64,000 nt of DNA from positions 15,653-79,652 of IMG/VR virus record IMGVR_UViG_3300017933_000003. One strand, given 5' to 3'. Positions 53,082 to 62,906 of this stretch are shown piece after piece. Within the stretch, counting starts at the first letter, position 1, and each line of letters opens with the position of its first letter. Under the pieces are notes generated by a model. The model had not been told where the DNA came from, did not search any database, and saw only the letters and a list, made by a program, of their open reading frames with translations. The DNA is from a virus. Its lineage: Duplodnaviria; Caudoviricetes. The position numbers and the translations under genes are program-made.

Positions 53082-53635
53082 TGAGTATTGAGCGTCAAAA
53101 GTTAATTGAAGACCTCAAAATCTTTTCTATCAAGAAGGGTGAAGAATTTACTTTAGCCTCAGGTCAGAAAAGTAATATTTACATCGATGTTAAGCAAACC
53201 ATGCTATATGGTCCATCCATGTATAATCTGGCTAAATTACTACATGATACTGCCAAAAAAGTAGCCAAGAAATCAAACCAAAAGTTCAAATACTATAATG
53301 TGGCTGCTGGTGTAGCTTTGGGCGGATGTCATTTAGCCAGTATAGTAGCGATGTTTTATGCTCCCACCCATGTCGTTTATGTTAGACAAGAAACTAAAGA
53401 CCATGGCACCCAACAATCAGTGGAAAAACCACACTGTAATCTAATGAGAGAAGTTATTCTATTCGAGGATGTGGTGACCACCGGACAATCTGCTATTAAA
53501 GCTGCCAAATTATTGGATGAATCTGGATTATTCGTCTTGGGTATAGTAGCGGTGGTAGATCGACGAACCGAGAAGATCGATAAGTTGGGAGATTATAGCT
53601 TCGGTGCTTTGGTCGATTTTGAAGAGTTAGTGTGA
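53081..53635 (+). CDS. pyrE: orotate phosphoribosyltransferase
   Basis: FTLASGQKSNIYID, VRQETKDHG, PRPP motif LFEDVVTTGQS. Confidence 0.9.
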   Translation: MSIERQKLIEDLKIFSIKKGEEFTLASGQKSNIYIDVKQTMLYGPSMYNLAKLLHDTAKKVAKKSNQKFKYYNVAAGVALGGCHLASIVAMFYAPTHVVYVRQETKDHGTQQSVEKPHCNLMREVILFEDVVTTGQSAIKAAKLLDESGLFVLGIVAVVDRRTEKIDKLGDYSFGALVDFEELV

Positions 53636-53690
53636 TATTTTGCTCCTACTATACACATATTATGATATATAATAATAGGAGGAGCACAAA

Positions 53691-54281
53691 ATGAAGAAAA
53701 ATATTACCTATGTGGGCACCAAAATTAATGGATTAAAAATCATTGATTATCGTTGTACTACAGGGTCGTCTCGACGCTCATATTTTAAATGTTTATGTAT
53801 ATGTGGTCAGATATTTGAAGCCCGTGCGGAAGCTATTAAAAATGGTCATACGAAAAGTTGTGGTTGTAGAACATCCGAATTAATGTCAGTAAGTCATACA
53901 TTAAATGAAGATGTTGTTGCTAGTAATATTCTATACGGTCGATATCTACATACAGCAAAAAGAAAAGATATTTCCTTTTTATTATCTATTGATGATTTTA
54001 AATCTTTTATTTTCAATAATTGTTATTATTGTGGAGCTCCACCTCGATTGGCAAAAGTTTCTGGGTCAAAAAAGTGGAACATAAAAGACAAGTTTGTATC
54101 TTATAATGGAATTGATCGTATTGATAATAATATAGGGTATATTATTGATAACTGTGTTACTTGTTGTTCTTTTTGTAATGGTGCAAAATCTAATTATTCT
54201 TTAGAAGATTTTCAGAACTGGATCAAAAGATTAGTATCATTTGTAAATGGAAAAAATAATACCAATGACCAAAAAGTTTAA
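53691..54281 (+). CDS. HNH homing endonuclease
   Basis: CLCICG..SCGC; CYYCG...GIDRIDNNIGY..DNCVTCCSFCN. Confidence 0.88.
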   Translation: MKKNITYVGTKINGLKIIDYRCTTGSSRRSYFKCLCICGQIFEARAEAIKNGHTKSCGCRTSELMSVSHTLNEDVVASNILYGRYLHTAKRKDISFLLSIDDFKSFIFNNCYYCGAPPRLAKVSGSKKWNIKDKFVSYNGIDRIDNNIGYIIDNCVTCCSFCNGAKSNYSLEDFQNWIKRLVSFVNGKNNTNDQKV

Positions 54282-55770
54282 TAAGTTTCCACCCAAAAAA
54301 CCGGACAATTCATATATTGTCAAACACAATCCAAAGAGAAACTGGAGCGAATATCAAAAGGCAATTTTCAAAGATATCTCTACGGGAACACATCATACTG
54401 TAGTGGTAGCACGAGCTGGCTCTGGGAAAACTTCTACTATTGTAGAAGGATTTAAGTATATTCCAAAGGGTAAAAAAACTCTTATGGTTGCCTTTAATAA
54501 AGCGATTGCTGATGAGTTAAGGCAAAGGGCACCATCATATGTCGATACAATGACCCTTCATTCGCTTGGGTATAGATCCATCAGGCAGCGCTTCGGCAAT
54601 GATGTGGTATTAGAAAACCACAAAATGCAGCTTATTTTTGAGGATATTATTGGTAAAAATGATTGGGACTTAACGATGCAGTTTTGTAAATGCGCTTCGT
54701 TATGTAAAGGGTTTCTATTTGATACTCCGACCAAGATTTCAGAATTGATAGATAATTTTGGTATTGATACTGGTGAGTTCAAACAAGAAGATTTTATCAA
54801 GTATGTTATTAAAGCATTAGGTATGTGTAAAAGTCAAACTCAAATAATTGACTTTGATGACATGATCTATTTCCCCTTTGTCTATCGTCTCAATGTAGGT
54901 AAATTTGATGTAGTCTTTGTGGATGAAGCTCAAGATTTAAATGCAGCCCAAATTGCTATGGTGCTTTCTGCTGTCAAGATAGATGGGCGCATTATTGCGG
55001 TTGGAGACCCCGCTCAAAGCATTTATCAGTTTCGTGGGGCTGATAGTGAAGCTATTCCAAACTTCATTAATAAATTGAACGCCAAAACCCTTCCTCTTTC
55101 TGTCAGTTATCGCTGCCCGGAGAGCGTCATCAAAGTAGCTCAGGAAATTGTACCCGACATTATGGCAGCCCCTAACGCCAAGTATGGGGCGGTAGAGGAG
55201 GTTCAAGTAGAAGAACTTCTTAAATTGGTTAAACCGGGAGATTTCGTTCTGTCTCGTACTAATGCCCCGCTGATCAAGCACTGCCTCAAACTGCTCAAGT
55301 CAGGTGTCCCCGCCAATATTCAAGGAAGAGATATTGGATCGAACCTTCAATATTTTATCAAAAAGTCCAAAGCTAAAACTATCAATTCATTTATTGAATA
55401 TGTAAATGAGTGGAAAACTATTGAGGTTAAAAGGCTTCTTTCTGAAAAGAAAGACACTACCGTGGCTATCGATAAAGCAGAATGTCTATTGAATCTTTGT
55501 GAAGGAACTTTAACTATTAAGGATCTCAAAGCAACCATAGAAAGTTTGTTTAGCGATGTTGATGATTCTGCTAAAGTTGTATTTTCAACAACACATAAAG
55601 CCAAAGGTTTGGAACGCGATCGTGTCTTTGTTCTCGCGAACACCTACCGAAAAGGAGCCGGAGGAGAAGAAGACAACCTCTGGTATGTCGCCGTAACCCG
55701 AGCTAAAAACTCTCTCTTCTTGGTCAAAAAGCCTAATAAGTGGGAACAGTATGATGAGCCGAAGGAGTAA
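54265..55770 (+). CDS. UvrD/Rep-like superfamily 1 helicase
   Basis: ARAGSGKTST, VDEAQD, VGDPAQSIYQFRGA, SYRC, THKAKGLE, YVAVTRAK. Confidence 0.95.
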   Translation: MTKKFNKFPPKKPDNSYIVKHNPKRNWSEYQKAIFKDISTGTHHTVVVARAGSGKTSTIVEGFKYIPKGKKTLMVAFNKAIADELRQRAPSYVDTMTLHSLGYRSIRQRFGNDVVLENHKMQLIFEDIIGKNDWDLTMQFCKCASLCKGFLFDTPTKISELIDNFGIDTGEFKQEDFIKYVIKALGMCKSQTQIIDFDDMIYFPFVYRLNVGKFDVVFVDEAQDLNAAQIAMVLSAVKIDGRIIAVGDPAQSIYQFRGADSEAIPNFINKLNAKTLPLSVSYRCPESVIKVAQEIVPDIMAAPNAKYGAVEEVQVEELLKLVKPGDFVLSRTNAPLIKHCLKLLKSGVPANIQGRDIGSNLQYFIKKSKAKTINSFIEYVNEWKTIEVKRLLSEKKDTTVAIDKAECLLNLCEGTLTIKDLKATIESLFSDVDDSAKVVFSTTHKAKGLERDRVFVLANTYRKGAGGEEDNLWYVAVTRAKNSLFLVKKPNKWEQYDEPKE

Positions 55771-55771
55771 G

Positions 55772-56167
55772 ATGAAGTATATCAAGCAAAAACATATTAC
55801 CGGATGTGGTGTGGCCGCTGTAGCCATGCTGACAGGGGTTAGTTATAATACGGCACTCAAAGCTGTCCGTCCCGATAGAAAGTCGGGCGATTGTGCCTGT
55901 ACTAGTCTAACAGATTTTCTGCGAGGAATCGAGGATTTGGGACACAAGTGCCATGTCTCGTATAAAAAGAGCCAACTTCAAAATTTGGATCGAAATGCCA
56001 TGATTGTTGTTAGGAATCCTACTGAAGATGCTCATACCCCTCTTCATGTAGTAATTTGGGACGCAGAAAAGAAAGAGATTTTGGATCCCTGGGGTCTCCA
56101 GAGCACTTTCACCATAGATCACAAATACATCCAAAAATACGAGCAATATCGCATTATCTTGGTATAA
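55772..56167 (+). CDS. peptidase C39-like protein
   Basis: QKHITGCGVAA, HVVIWD...ILDP; paralog of 33831. Confidence 0.65.
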   Translation: MKYIKQKHITGCGVAAVAMLTGVSYNTALKAVRPDRKSGDCACTSLTDFLRGIEDLGHKCHVSYKKSQLQNLDRNAMIVVRNPTEDAHTPLHVVIWDAEKKEILDPWGLQSTFTIDHKYIQKYEQYRIILV

Positions 56168-56189
56168 TTGAATAATTCAGCATTTTGGT

Positions 56190-57419
56190 ATGGTTCGTTA
56201 CAAAATGCTGGGTCGAGACGTTAATTCGGCTCCTACACAATATCGTACTTGGGTGGTCAATGATACTCCTGATTTAACAGGAGCGCTGTATACTGGTCTA
56301 AAATCCGGTCCCAATCTGATGGTGGATATTAGTGCGTATTTAATTACTGACGGTTATGCTATCGTCGATTTCAATTTACCTCTGCCCTCACAATGGCAAA
56401 CCGCTCCTGATACACCTTTCGATTTCCCTGGTAGAAAAGTGCTGCCAGAGCAAGTGAGCGATTCTAGTTTAGCTATTATTGATGGGTATGCTTACATGTT
56501 TGGGGGCAAGATTTCGGATAAGATTTATCGAGCCGATCTTAACAATCCTGCTGATTGGGTAGATACCGGTGCCAGATTACCTATACCATTATATAATTCC
56601 AGTTTGGCTATTGTGGATGGATATATTTATCTGTTTGGCGGTAATACGGGCACTTCACCAATTTCAGTAGATAATATTTTTTCAGCACCAGTTAGTGATC
56701 CGCTTACTTGGACTGATCATGGTTCTGGTTTATTGCCAAGAAAACTTCATTCCTCTGCACTAGGAATGGCTAATGGAGTATTATTCTTGGCAGGTGGCGC
56801 AGAAAACGATAACGCTTCTAACCTAATTTGTACTGCCTCTACTTCTAATCCTTTACTATGGACTATTGCTAGTGGTACTTTACCTTCCGTACTCTATGGA
56901 TCCACCATTATTCAATCCGACGGATATTGGTATTTATTGGGTGGACAAAATGCTCCTGCTTCCCCAATCAATGCTATTTTTCGTGCTCCAGTTTCTGCGC
57001 CGTTTATTTGGCAATCATATGGCTCATTACCGTATGTCACTTCCTATGGTCAGTTTTTTCCGATGGGTAATGACGGATATTACATAGGACCAGCTTCAGG
57101 TGATGGATATAGCGGTTTCACCAATATCTTACAAGTCCCTCTCAATAGTTTGACCCAATGGATAGATACTAAGCAGTTAGTGCCGGCTGTTCTATCTCGC
57201 TCACAAGGCGCCATCATTTATGATAGACTTTGGTTCTTTGGTGGTAGCGGACTTTCCGCTATTTTTGCTTGTGAGCAACTTCTTAAGTATCCGTTGACCA
57301 ACGCTACTGTTATAGCGTATGGTAACATCACTCGCACGGTAGTGCAAAGTACGGATAATTTGAACGAGCCATTCGCGGCTTTAGGCATTCCATATTGGAA
57401 GACCAGTTACGAGCTGTAA
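56190..57419 (+). CDS. Kelch-repeat beta-propeller protein
   Basis: repeated DGY(I/A)Y(L/M)FGG...W units. Confidence 0.85.
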   Translation: MVRYKMLGRDVNSAPTQYRTWVVNDTPDLTGALYTGLKSGPNLMVDISAYLITDGYAIVDFNLPLPSQWQTAPDTPFDFPGRKVLPEQVSDSSLAIIDGYAYMFGGKISDKIYRADLNNPADWVDTGARLPIPLYNSSLAIVDGYIYLFGGNTGTSPISVDNIFSAPVSDPLTWTDHGSGLLPRKLHSSALGMANGVLFLAGGAENDNASNLICTASTSNPLLWTIASGTLPSVLYGSTIIQSDGYWYLLGGQNAPASPINAIFRAPVSAPFIWQSYGSLPYVTSYGQFFPMGNDGYYIGPASGDGYSGFTNILQVPLNSLTQWIDTKQLVPAVLSRSQGAIIYDRLWFFGGSGLSAIFACEQLLKYPLTNATVIAYGNITRTVVQSTDNLNEPFAALGIPYWKTSYEL

Positions 57420-57439
57420 TTTTATAAAATGCAGTAGAC

Positions 57440-57468
57440 TTGCCATCGTCGCCCCAAATGGTTAGATT
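57440..57468 (+). promoter_or_regulatory. sigma70-like promoter
   Basis: TTGCCA-17 nt-TAGATT. Confidence 0.45.
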
Positions 57469-57474
57469 ATCGTT

Positions 57475-57945
57475 ATGGTAGACCACAACTCCCCCGAAGC
57501 ATTTTATCAACGCGCCACCAAAGAAGAAGATCCTCTTGTTTCTTATTTAATAGTGAGAGAATCGATTAATATGAGTGTGGGCAAAATTGCTGCGCAGTGT
57601 GCTCATGCCGCTCAAATGCAACAATTAAAATATGATGATCTGCACAAGAGTCTTAACTGGCGTCGCCGTCAGGCATCACCCATGCCTTCTGATGACTTGG
57701 AAGTTTCGATAATGAAGTTAGAATCCCTTTATCAGGAATGGGTGGCTGCCGCTGTTCGTAAGGTGGTATTGAGTGCTTCGGAAAAAGAATGGGCTAAACT
57801 CAAGAGTGAAGAAAAGAACAAACTTATCGTGATAGATGCTGGTTTGACAGAATTAGAACCGGGCACCGAAACGGTGATGATTTTGTGGCCCATTAGAAAA
57901 AGTCAAGTAAGCAAAACCGTTAGGAGGCTTCAGGTTTTGAAATGA
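57475..57945 (+). CDS. pth2: peptidyl-tRNA hydrolase, Pth2 type
   Basis: MSVGKIAAQCAHAA, RKVVL, IDAGLTELEPGTET. Confidence 0.92.
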   Translation: MVDHNSPEAFYQRATKEEDPLVSYLIVRESINMSVGKIAAQCAHAAQMQQLKYDDLHKSLNWRRRQASPMPSDDLEVSIMKLESLYQEWVAAAVRKVVLSASEKEWAKLKSEEKNKLIVIDAGLTELEPGTETVMILWPIRKSQVSKTVRRLQVLK

Positions 57946-58619
57946 AAAAGCCATTCAAGTTAATAGAGGTTAAACCAAGTATATTTTGTCTTGAGTTTAA
58001 TAATGAATATGATATGTGTATGACTTTTTTGAGATATCAAGAATTTTATGAAAGCCCCTTTAATCAATTTAGAGGTAAGTCTTTTAGAATTTTAAATTTC
58101 ATGAAAGCATATTCTTTAAAATTTGGAAAAGGTGCATTTACCTATCCAATAGATTGGTCCGGATTTAACCTACCTTCATATGTTATTACTAACATTCGTA
58201 AGCTTGGAATCCCAGATCCCAACGATTATGATACTGCTATGTGGCAAGTCTACCAACACTGTAAAAAACAAGCAAATGGTGACAAGTTTTACATCATTGG
58301 TGTGGTCAAGGGCAACGATGCTTTGGACCATGAAATTGCCCACGGTTTGTTTTATCTCAATTCTGCATATAAAAAAGAGATGGTTAAGCTGGTCAGGCAG
58401 ATGGACCCAGAGCTGAGAAAGGTAATGAATACCTATCTTCTCAAGGTAGGATACACTCCACGAGTCTTTGTGGATGAAACCCAAGCTAATATGGCAACTA
58501 CTGGAGACTTCGGCTATTATAGTGAAAGACACACTTTACCGTTCCCGTTAGATTCTATCCCCAAACTCAATGAAGCTAGATTGGTTTTTGAAGAAGTATT
58601 CCAGAGATATACAAAATAA
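57942..58619 (+). CDS. hypothetical protein with HExxH motif
   Basis: LDHEIAHG, DETQA. Confidence 0.7.
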   Translation: MKKPFKLIEVKPSIFCLEFNNEYDMCMTFLRYQEFYESPFNQFRGKSFRILNFMKAYSLKFGKGAFTYPIDWSGFNLPSYVITNIRKLGIPDPNDYDTAMWQVYQHCKKQANGDKFYIIGVVKGNDALDHEIAHGLFYLNSAYKKEMVKLVRQMDPELRKVMNTYLLKVGYTPRVFVDETQANMATTGDFGYYSERHTLPFPLDSIPKLNEARLVFEEVFQRYTK

Positions 58620-58674
58620 TTAAATGTAGTTAGCGTCTTGTTGTACCCATATACTAATAATAAAGTATTATTTC

Positions 58675-59475
58675 ATGCCTGCGAAAATTTCCCGAGAGAT
58701 AGAAAAACAAATTTGCCAATTGTATAATAATGGGACTGGTACCAATGAGATATCGGTTCAATTAAAAATACATCGAGCCACGGTTCAACGCACTTTAATA
58801 AGAAGTGGGATTAAATTAAGAAAAACCTCGCCTTATAAGAAAAAGTATAATGTTAAGTATTTTGATAAATATACAGCAGAAAATTGTTATTGGGCGGGGT
58901 TTATTTTAGCAGATGGTACTATTCGTTCAGATAGAGACGCCGTTGAAATACATCTACAAAAGAAGGACAAGAAACATTTACTTAAGTTTGCTAAAGCAAT
59001 AGGTTTTACTGGAGATTTAATTTATGATAAATCAAGTAATGCTTATACGATATCTATCGCTGGTAAGTGGTTTCCTAACGCACTAAAAAAGAACTTTTCA
59101 ATAGAAAGTAGAAAGTCTTTAACTTCTGTATTTCCTACACAAATACCACAGAAATATTGGACGCACTTAATACGAGGCTATTTTGATGGTGATGGTTGTA
59201 TAACAAGACAAAGTTGTCCAATTATTAGTTTTATCGGAACTAATATGTTATTACGGTTTTTGTCAGAACTCTTTTATAGTTGGGGAATTAGATTAAAGTC
59301 TAAAAATAAATATGCTCCGCTTATAAAAACACCTAATGAACTCATTAGCTTTATTTCTTATTCAGGATTAAATGCACTCAAAATATTGAATCGTATGTAT
59401 GATTATTCGGCGCCCAATACCAGATTAGATAGAAAATATAAGAGATTTATCAAGTATTTTGGAAATAAATCATGA
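58675..59475 (+). CDS. LAGLIDADG homing endonuclease with N-terminal HTH
   Basis: YWAGFILADG, IRGYFDGDGC. Confidence 0.92.
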   Translation: MPAKISREIEKQICQLYNNGTGTNEISVQLKIHRATVQRTLIRSGIKLRKTSPYKKKYNVKYFDKYTAENCYWAGFILADGTIRSDRDAVEIHLQKKDKKHLLKFAKAIGFTGDLIYDKSSNAYTISIAGKWFPNALKKNFSIESRKSLTSVFPTQIPQKYWTHLIRGYFDGDGCITRQSCPIISFIGTNMLLRFLSELFYSWGIRLKSKNKYAPLIKTPNELISFISYSGLNALKILNRMYDYSAPNTRLDRKYKRFIKYFGNKS

Positions 59476-60539
59476 ACAATATTCCCCCGAGTATCACCAA
59501 TAAAATAGGACAGGGTTTATACAAGATCCCCAATCATCCCCTGACCATCATCAAGGAGAAGATATTTGAATACTTTGATGATCTGGCAAGAATTGAAATT
59601 GGAATACCCTATGTGTTGGTCGAAAATAACTTTGACAGGCTACGTGTGCCCCTAGATCACCCTTCTCGTCATCTCACTGACACTTTCTATCAGGATGAGA
59701 TGACCTGTCTTCGCACTCATATGACTTGCTATTTATACCCGATTGGCAAGTCACACAGCGGCACTAGCCAGCTTAAGTATATTACCTGTGGCGATGTATA
59801 TCGCAAAGATGCTATTGATGCCACCCATTATCCGGTTTTCCATCAAGTGGATGCTTTCTGTATCGTGCCTGATGGTATGGATGTTAAACAGGACTTACGT
59901 AATAGACTTACAGGTTTGGTCAAACACCTTTTTGGCGATTCGTGTGAATACCAATTTCTAGAGGATTCGGAACATGAGGATGTTTACTTTCCCTTTACGG
60001 TTAATTCCTTAGAAGTTAGTGTCAAGTTTCGTATGGAAGATGGTCAAGAGAGGCATTTGGAAGTGTTGGGTGCCGGGACGGTCCATCCAGATATCATGAA
60101 AGATCTGGGATTAGAGAATCATCAAGCCTGGGCTTTCGGTTTGGGATTAGAGCGCTTGGCTATGGTGATGTTCGATATCCCCGACATTCGACTTTTCTGG
60201 AGCCAAGATGCCCGTTTTCTAAATCAATTCAAGGCAGGAGAGATTACTAAATTCAAGCCCTTCTCTAAATATGAAGTATGCTATAAAGACGTTTCTTTTT
60301 ATGTGAGCGATAAATTCTCTTATAACGATATGTGTACTATCGCTCGCGATGAGGATAAAGATAGCCTGATCGAATCGATTACTTTAATCGACGAATTTGA
60401 GAAAAAGGGGCGCACCTCACAATGTTATAGGATTACTTACCGTTCGATGGAGCGCACTTTGGTCAATGCAGAAGTAGATAAAGTGCAGAAAAATATTCGT
60501 CAAAGATTGACCAAAGAATTAGAAGTGGAGATACGATAA
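59472..60539 (+). CDS. pheS: monomeric (mitochondrial-type) phenylalanyl-tRNA synthetase
   Basis: NHPL, LRTHMTC, YRKDAIDATHYPVFHQVD, AFGLGLERLAM, DIRLFW, C-terminal FDX anticodon-binding domain. Confidence 0.92.
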   Translation: MNNIPPSITNKIGQGLYKIPNHPLTIIKEKIFEYFDDLARIEIGIPYVLVENNFDRLRVPLDHPSRHLTDTFYQDEMTCLRTHMTCYLYPIGKSHSGTSQLKYITCGDVYRKDAIDATHYPVFHQVDAFCIVPDGMDVKQDLRNRLTGLVKHLFGDSCEYQFLEDSEHEDVYFPFTVNSLEVSVKFRMEDGQERHLEVLGAGTVHPDIMKDLGLENHQAWAFGLGLERLAMVMFDIPDIRLFWSQDARFLNQFKAGEITKFKPFSKYEVCYKDVSFYVSDKFSYNDMCTIARDEDKDSLIESITLIDEFEKKGRTSQCYRITYRSMERTLVNAEVDKVQKNIRQRLTKELEVEIR

Positions 60540-60826
60540 TGGGAGTAGTACACTACAAATGCGATACCTGTGGACGTAGCTTTTCAGATTGCGGTAAGTT
60601 TTTTGCTTGTTTCTCTTGCAGGGGCAAGTTTTGTTCCGATGACTGTGGTGGGAAGCAGGTTATCCCTCATCCTGAAGATCCTCCGAATATGGAAGAAGAA
60701 ACAACTTGCGTTTTGTGTCGCAAAGAATCTGCTACTGATTTTCAACTCCTTCACTTTCTCTTAAAACACATAAAACTGACGTATGAACAAGCCATGGAGT
60801 TATATCGTAATGCTGATCGAGAATAA
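60539..60826 (+). CDS. Cys-rich zinc-finger protein
   Basis: multiple CxxC. Confidence 0.7.
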   Translation: MGVVHYKCDTCGRSFSDCGKFFACFSCRGKFCSDDCGGKQVIPHPEDPPNMEEETTCVLCRKESATDFQLLHFLLKHIKLTYEQAMELYRNADRE

Positions 60827-61442
60827 GGAAACCTTCCAAGCTCGGGTTCAACCCTATTTTAGCCCATCAGAACAGCTGGATATTAAGCTGGCTTATTGTC
60901 TGGCTAAATTTGGGCATCGTGCTCAAATTAGAAAAGAGCTGACGGAAGGTAAGCCTACTCGCTACTTTGAACATGTAAGAAGGGTGGCTATTATTCTCAT
61001 GGATCAGATGCACATCCATGATCGAGATATGATCATTGCCGCTTTGTTACACGACTCTTTAGAAGATACTCGTGATTTATCGGCTGAACTTTTAGAGCAT
61101 TGTTTCGGTTCTCATGTAACCGGTATGGTTAGATTATTAAGCAAATTGCCTAAAGAGGGGTATTGCGATCGTTTACGCAATTGCAAAAATTGGAAAGTAA
61201 TTGCCCTCAAAATGTGTGATAGGTTAGATAATCTACGATCACTAATGGTGCCAGGAGTTAGCGTAGATTTTCAAAAGAGGCAAATTAAGGAAGCTAAAGA
61301 AATTTATATTCCATTATTTGATAGTATAGCTTTGTTGGTTCCTCCCGAGCATTTGGCTAATGTGTTAGCAGTAAAAGATGAGATTAGGGATTTAATTATT
61401 AGATATAGCACCATCATTGAGTTACAAGAGATGCCGGCATAG
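60810..61442 (+). CDS. HD-domain protein, (p)ppGpp hydrolase (SpoT/Mesh1-like)
   Basis: YFEHVRRVA, AALLHDSLEDT, FG..V..MV..LSK, KMCDRLDNLR. Confidence 0.85.
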   Translation: MLIENKETFQARVQPYFSPSEQLDIKLAYCLAKFGHRAQIRKELTEGKPTRYFEHVRRVAIILMDQMHIHDRDMIIAALLHDSLEDTRDLSAELLEHCFGSHVTGMVRLLSKLPKEGYCDRLRNCKNWKVIALKMCDRLDNLRSLMVPGVSVDFQKRQIKEAKEIYIPLFDSIALLVPPEHLANVLAVKDEIRDLIIRYSTIIELQEMPA

Positions 61443-61469
61443 CGGGACTATTTATTAAATAGTTGGGGC

Positions 61470-61498
61470 TTGACATTTCCGCAAGATAGTCTTACACT
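61470..61498 (+). promoter_or_regulatory. sigma70-like promoter
   Basis: TTGACA-17 nt-TACACT. Confidence 0.65.
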
Positions 61499-61582
61499 AT
61501 CTGTGCGCTCAGGGCGAGGTGCGTCTCCCGCATGAGCTGCCTCATTTTTTAACTGGATCGCACTTACCCAAGGCAAATAATC

Positions 61583-61942
61583 ATGGAATGGAAAATTGAA
61601 CGGGTCTTCGAAGACCTAGAATTACACATTAGGGCTGGTTTGGTCAATAGTGCCGTCATAGATTATGAAGTACGCGGTTTGTTTCTTCACGACGATGGTA
61701 ATGGTGCACCACTCAAATTTCGTACTGAAGATGGAGATATGACTATCGACCTTGATCGGGCAGAGATATTAGTCAAAGGTAGCATCAAATGGGATGGCTG
61801 TTCTCATAATACTTTTGGTGATAGAAATGGATATATTCATGCTTGTTCTAGATCTGAAATGGTTAGATTTGGAGAATTATTCAATAAGCTGTTTGAAATA
61901 GCGCAAGAACTAATGCCAGGCAATGGTGATTATTTAGGGTGA
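61583..61942 (+). CDS. hypothetical protein
   Basis: ORF track; KWDGCSH motif. Confidence 0.7.
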   Translation: MEWKIERVFEDLELHIRAGLVNSAVIDYEVRGLFLHDDGNGAPLKFRTEDGDMTIDLDRAEILVKGSIKWDGCSHNTFGDRNGYIHACSRSEMVRFGELFNKLFEIAQELMPGNGDYLG

Positions 61943-61957
61943 ACATGAATGGTCCAT

Positions 61958-62863
61958 CTAAGTAGAATTGGATATTATAAAATCTTTTTCCCATATGTGC
62001 ACGATGATATAACCTGCATCTTTTAGAATCTTTTCTCTTTGTATAGTGCGCGCATATAATTCTCCAAATGTTTTCTTTACAGCTAAATTGATTTCATGTG
62101 AATCGTATTTATTTGGATTACCATGCCAATAATCTCCGTAAAACTCATAGATGGTATTTGTTTGTGGATCGAATCCATCCAATTTGAATAATTTGCCATC
62201 TATATATAGTTTCACTTGTCTTTGCTCTAGAGGAATAGACAGGCTATCTAACCAAAGAATTTCTTTACGGGAGATCATGTTGCTGCATTTTGGACAGCCA
62301 CTACCATTCAAATGCGTGTCAGGAGATTGTTCAAATTGTCCATGTTTAGGACACACAATTTTTACCTTAGTTTTTGCGTTATCATAATCGGTTAGGGAAT
62401 AGTCATAATAATTGTTATGTATTTCACCCGCCTGTTTGATAAAAATTTCTGTGGTTGACTTTTGTACAGACGATATCGTTTGTGCCATGCATTTAGGGCA
62501 GCCGTGTCCGCGTAGATGATTATCTGGTGTTTGCTCAAAAGAGCCGTGCTCTAAACATATAATGCGAACTTTTGTGCGAGCGTTTTTATATTTTACCATA
62601 GAATAATCATATCTATCACCATGATCGTTTTTACTTTTTGATATGAATAATTGTGAGTTTTCTTCAATGTTATTATGCGAACATAGTGGACATCCTCTAC
62701 CCTCTAAATGTTTATATGGCTGTTGGTAGAACGCACCATGTCTATGACAAATTATCTTAACTTTGGTCGTTCCGTTTTGATAATAGACTTTTGAGTAATC
62801 ATATTTTGTTCCATGAACCTTTTGCGATTTTTCTATAAATTCTTGAAGTGTAAGTTTTTTCAT
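61958..62863 (-). CDS. DUF723-like repeat plus PD-(D/E)XK endonuclease
   Basis: three FI....H...YDYS.V.Y...KV.I.C..HG.F.Q.P..HL.G.GCP.C repeats; LDGFD...YEFYGDYWH. Confidence 0.85.
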   Translation of the reverse strand: MKKLTLQEFIEKSQKVHGTKYDYSKVYYQNGTTKVKIICHRHGAFYQQPYKHLEGRGCPLCSHNNIEENSQLFISKSKNDHGDRYDYSMVKYKNARTKVRIICLEHGSFEQTPDNHLRGHGCPKCMAQTISSVQKSTTEIFIKQAGEIHNNYYDYSLTDYDNAKTKVKIVCPKHGQFEQSPDTHLNGSGCPKCSNMISRKEILWLDSLSIPLEQRQVKLYIDGKLFKLDGFDPQTNTIYEFYGDYWHGNPNKYDSHEINLAVKKTFGELYARTIQREKILKDAGYIIVHIWEKDFIISNST

Positions 62864-62906
62864 ACTGATATATGAGAATATACCCAGGGATCGTAAGGTA
62901 GTATTT

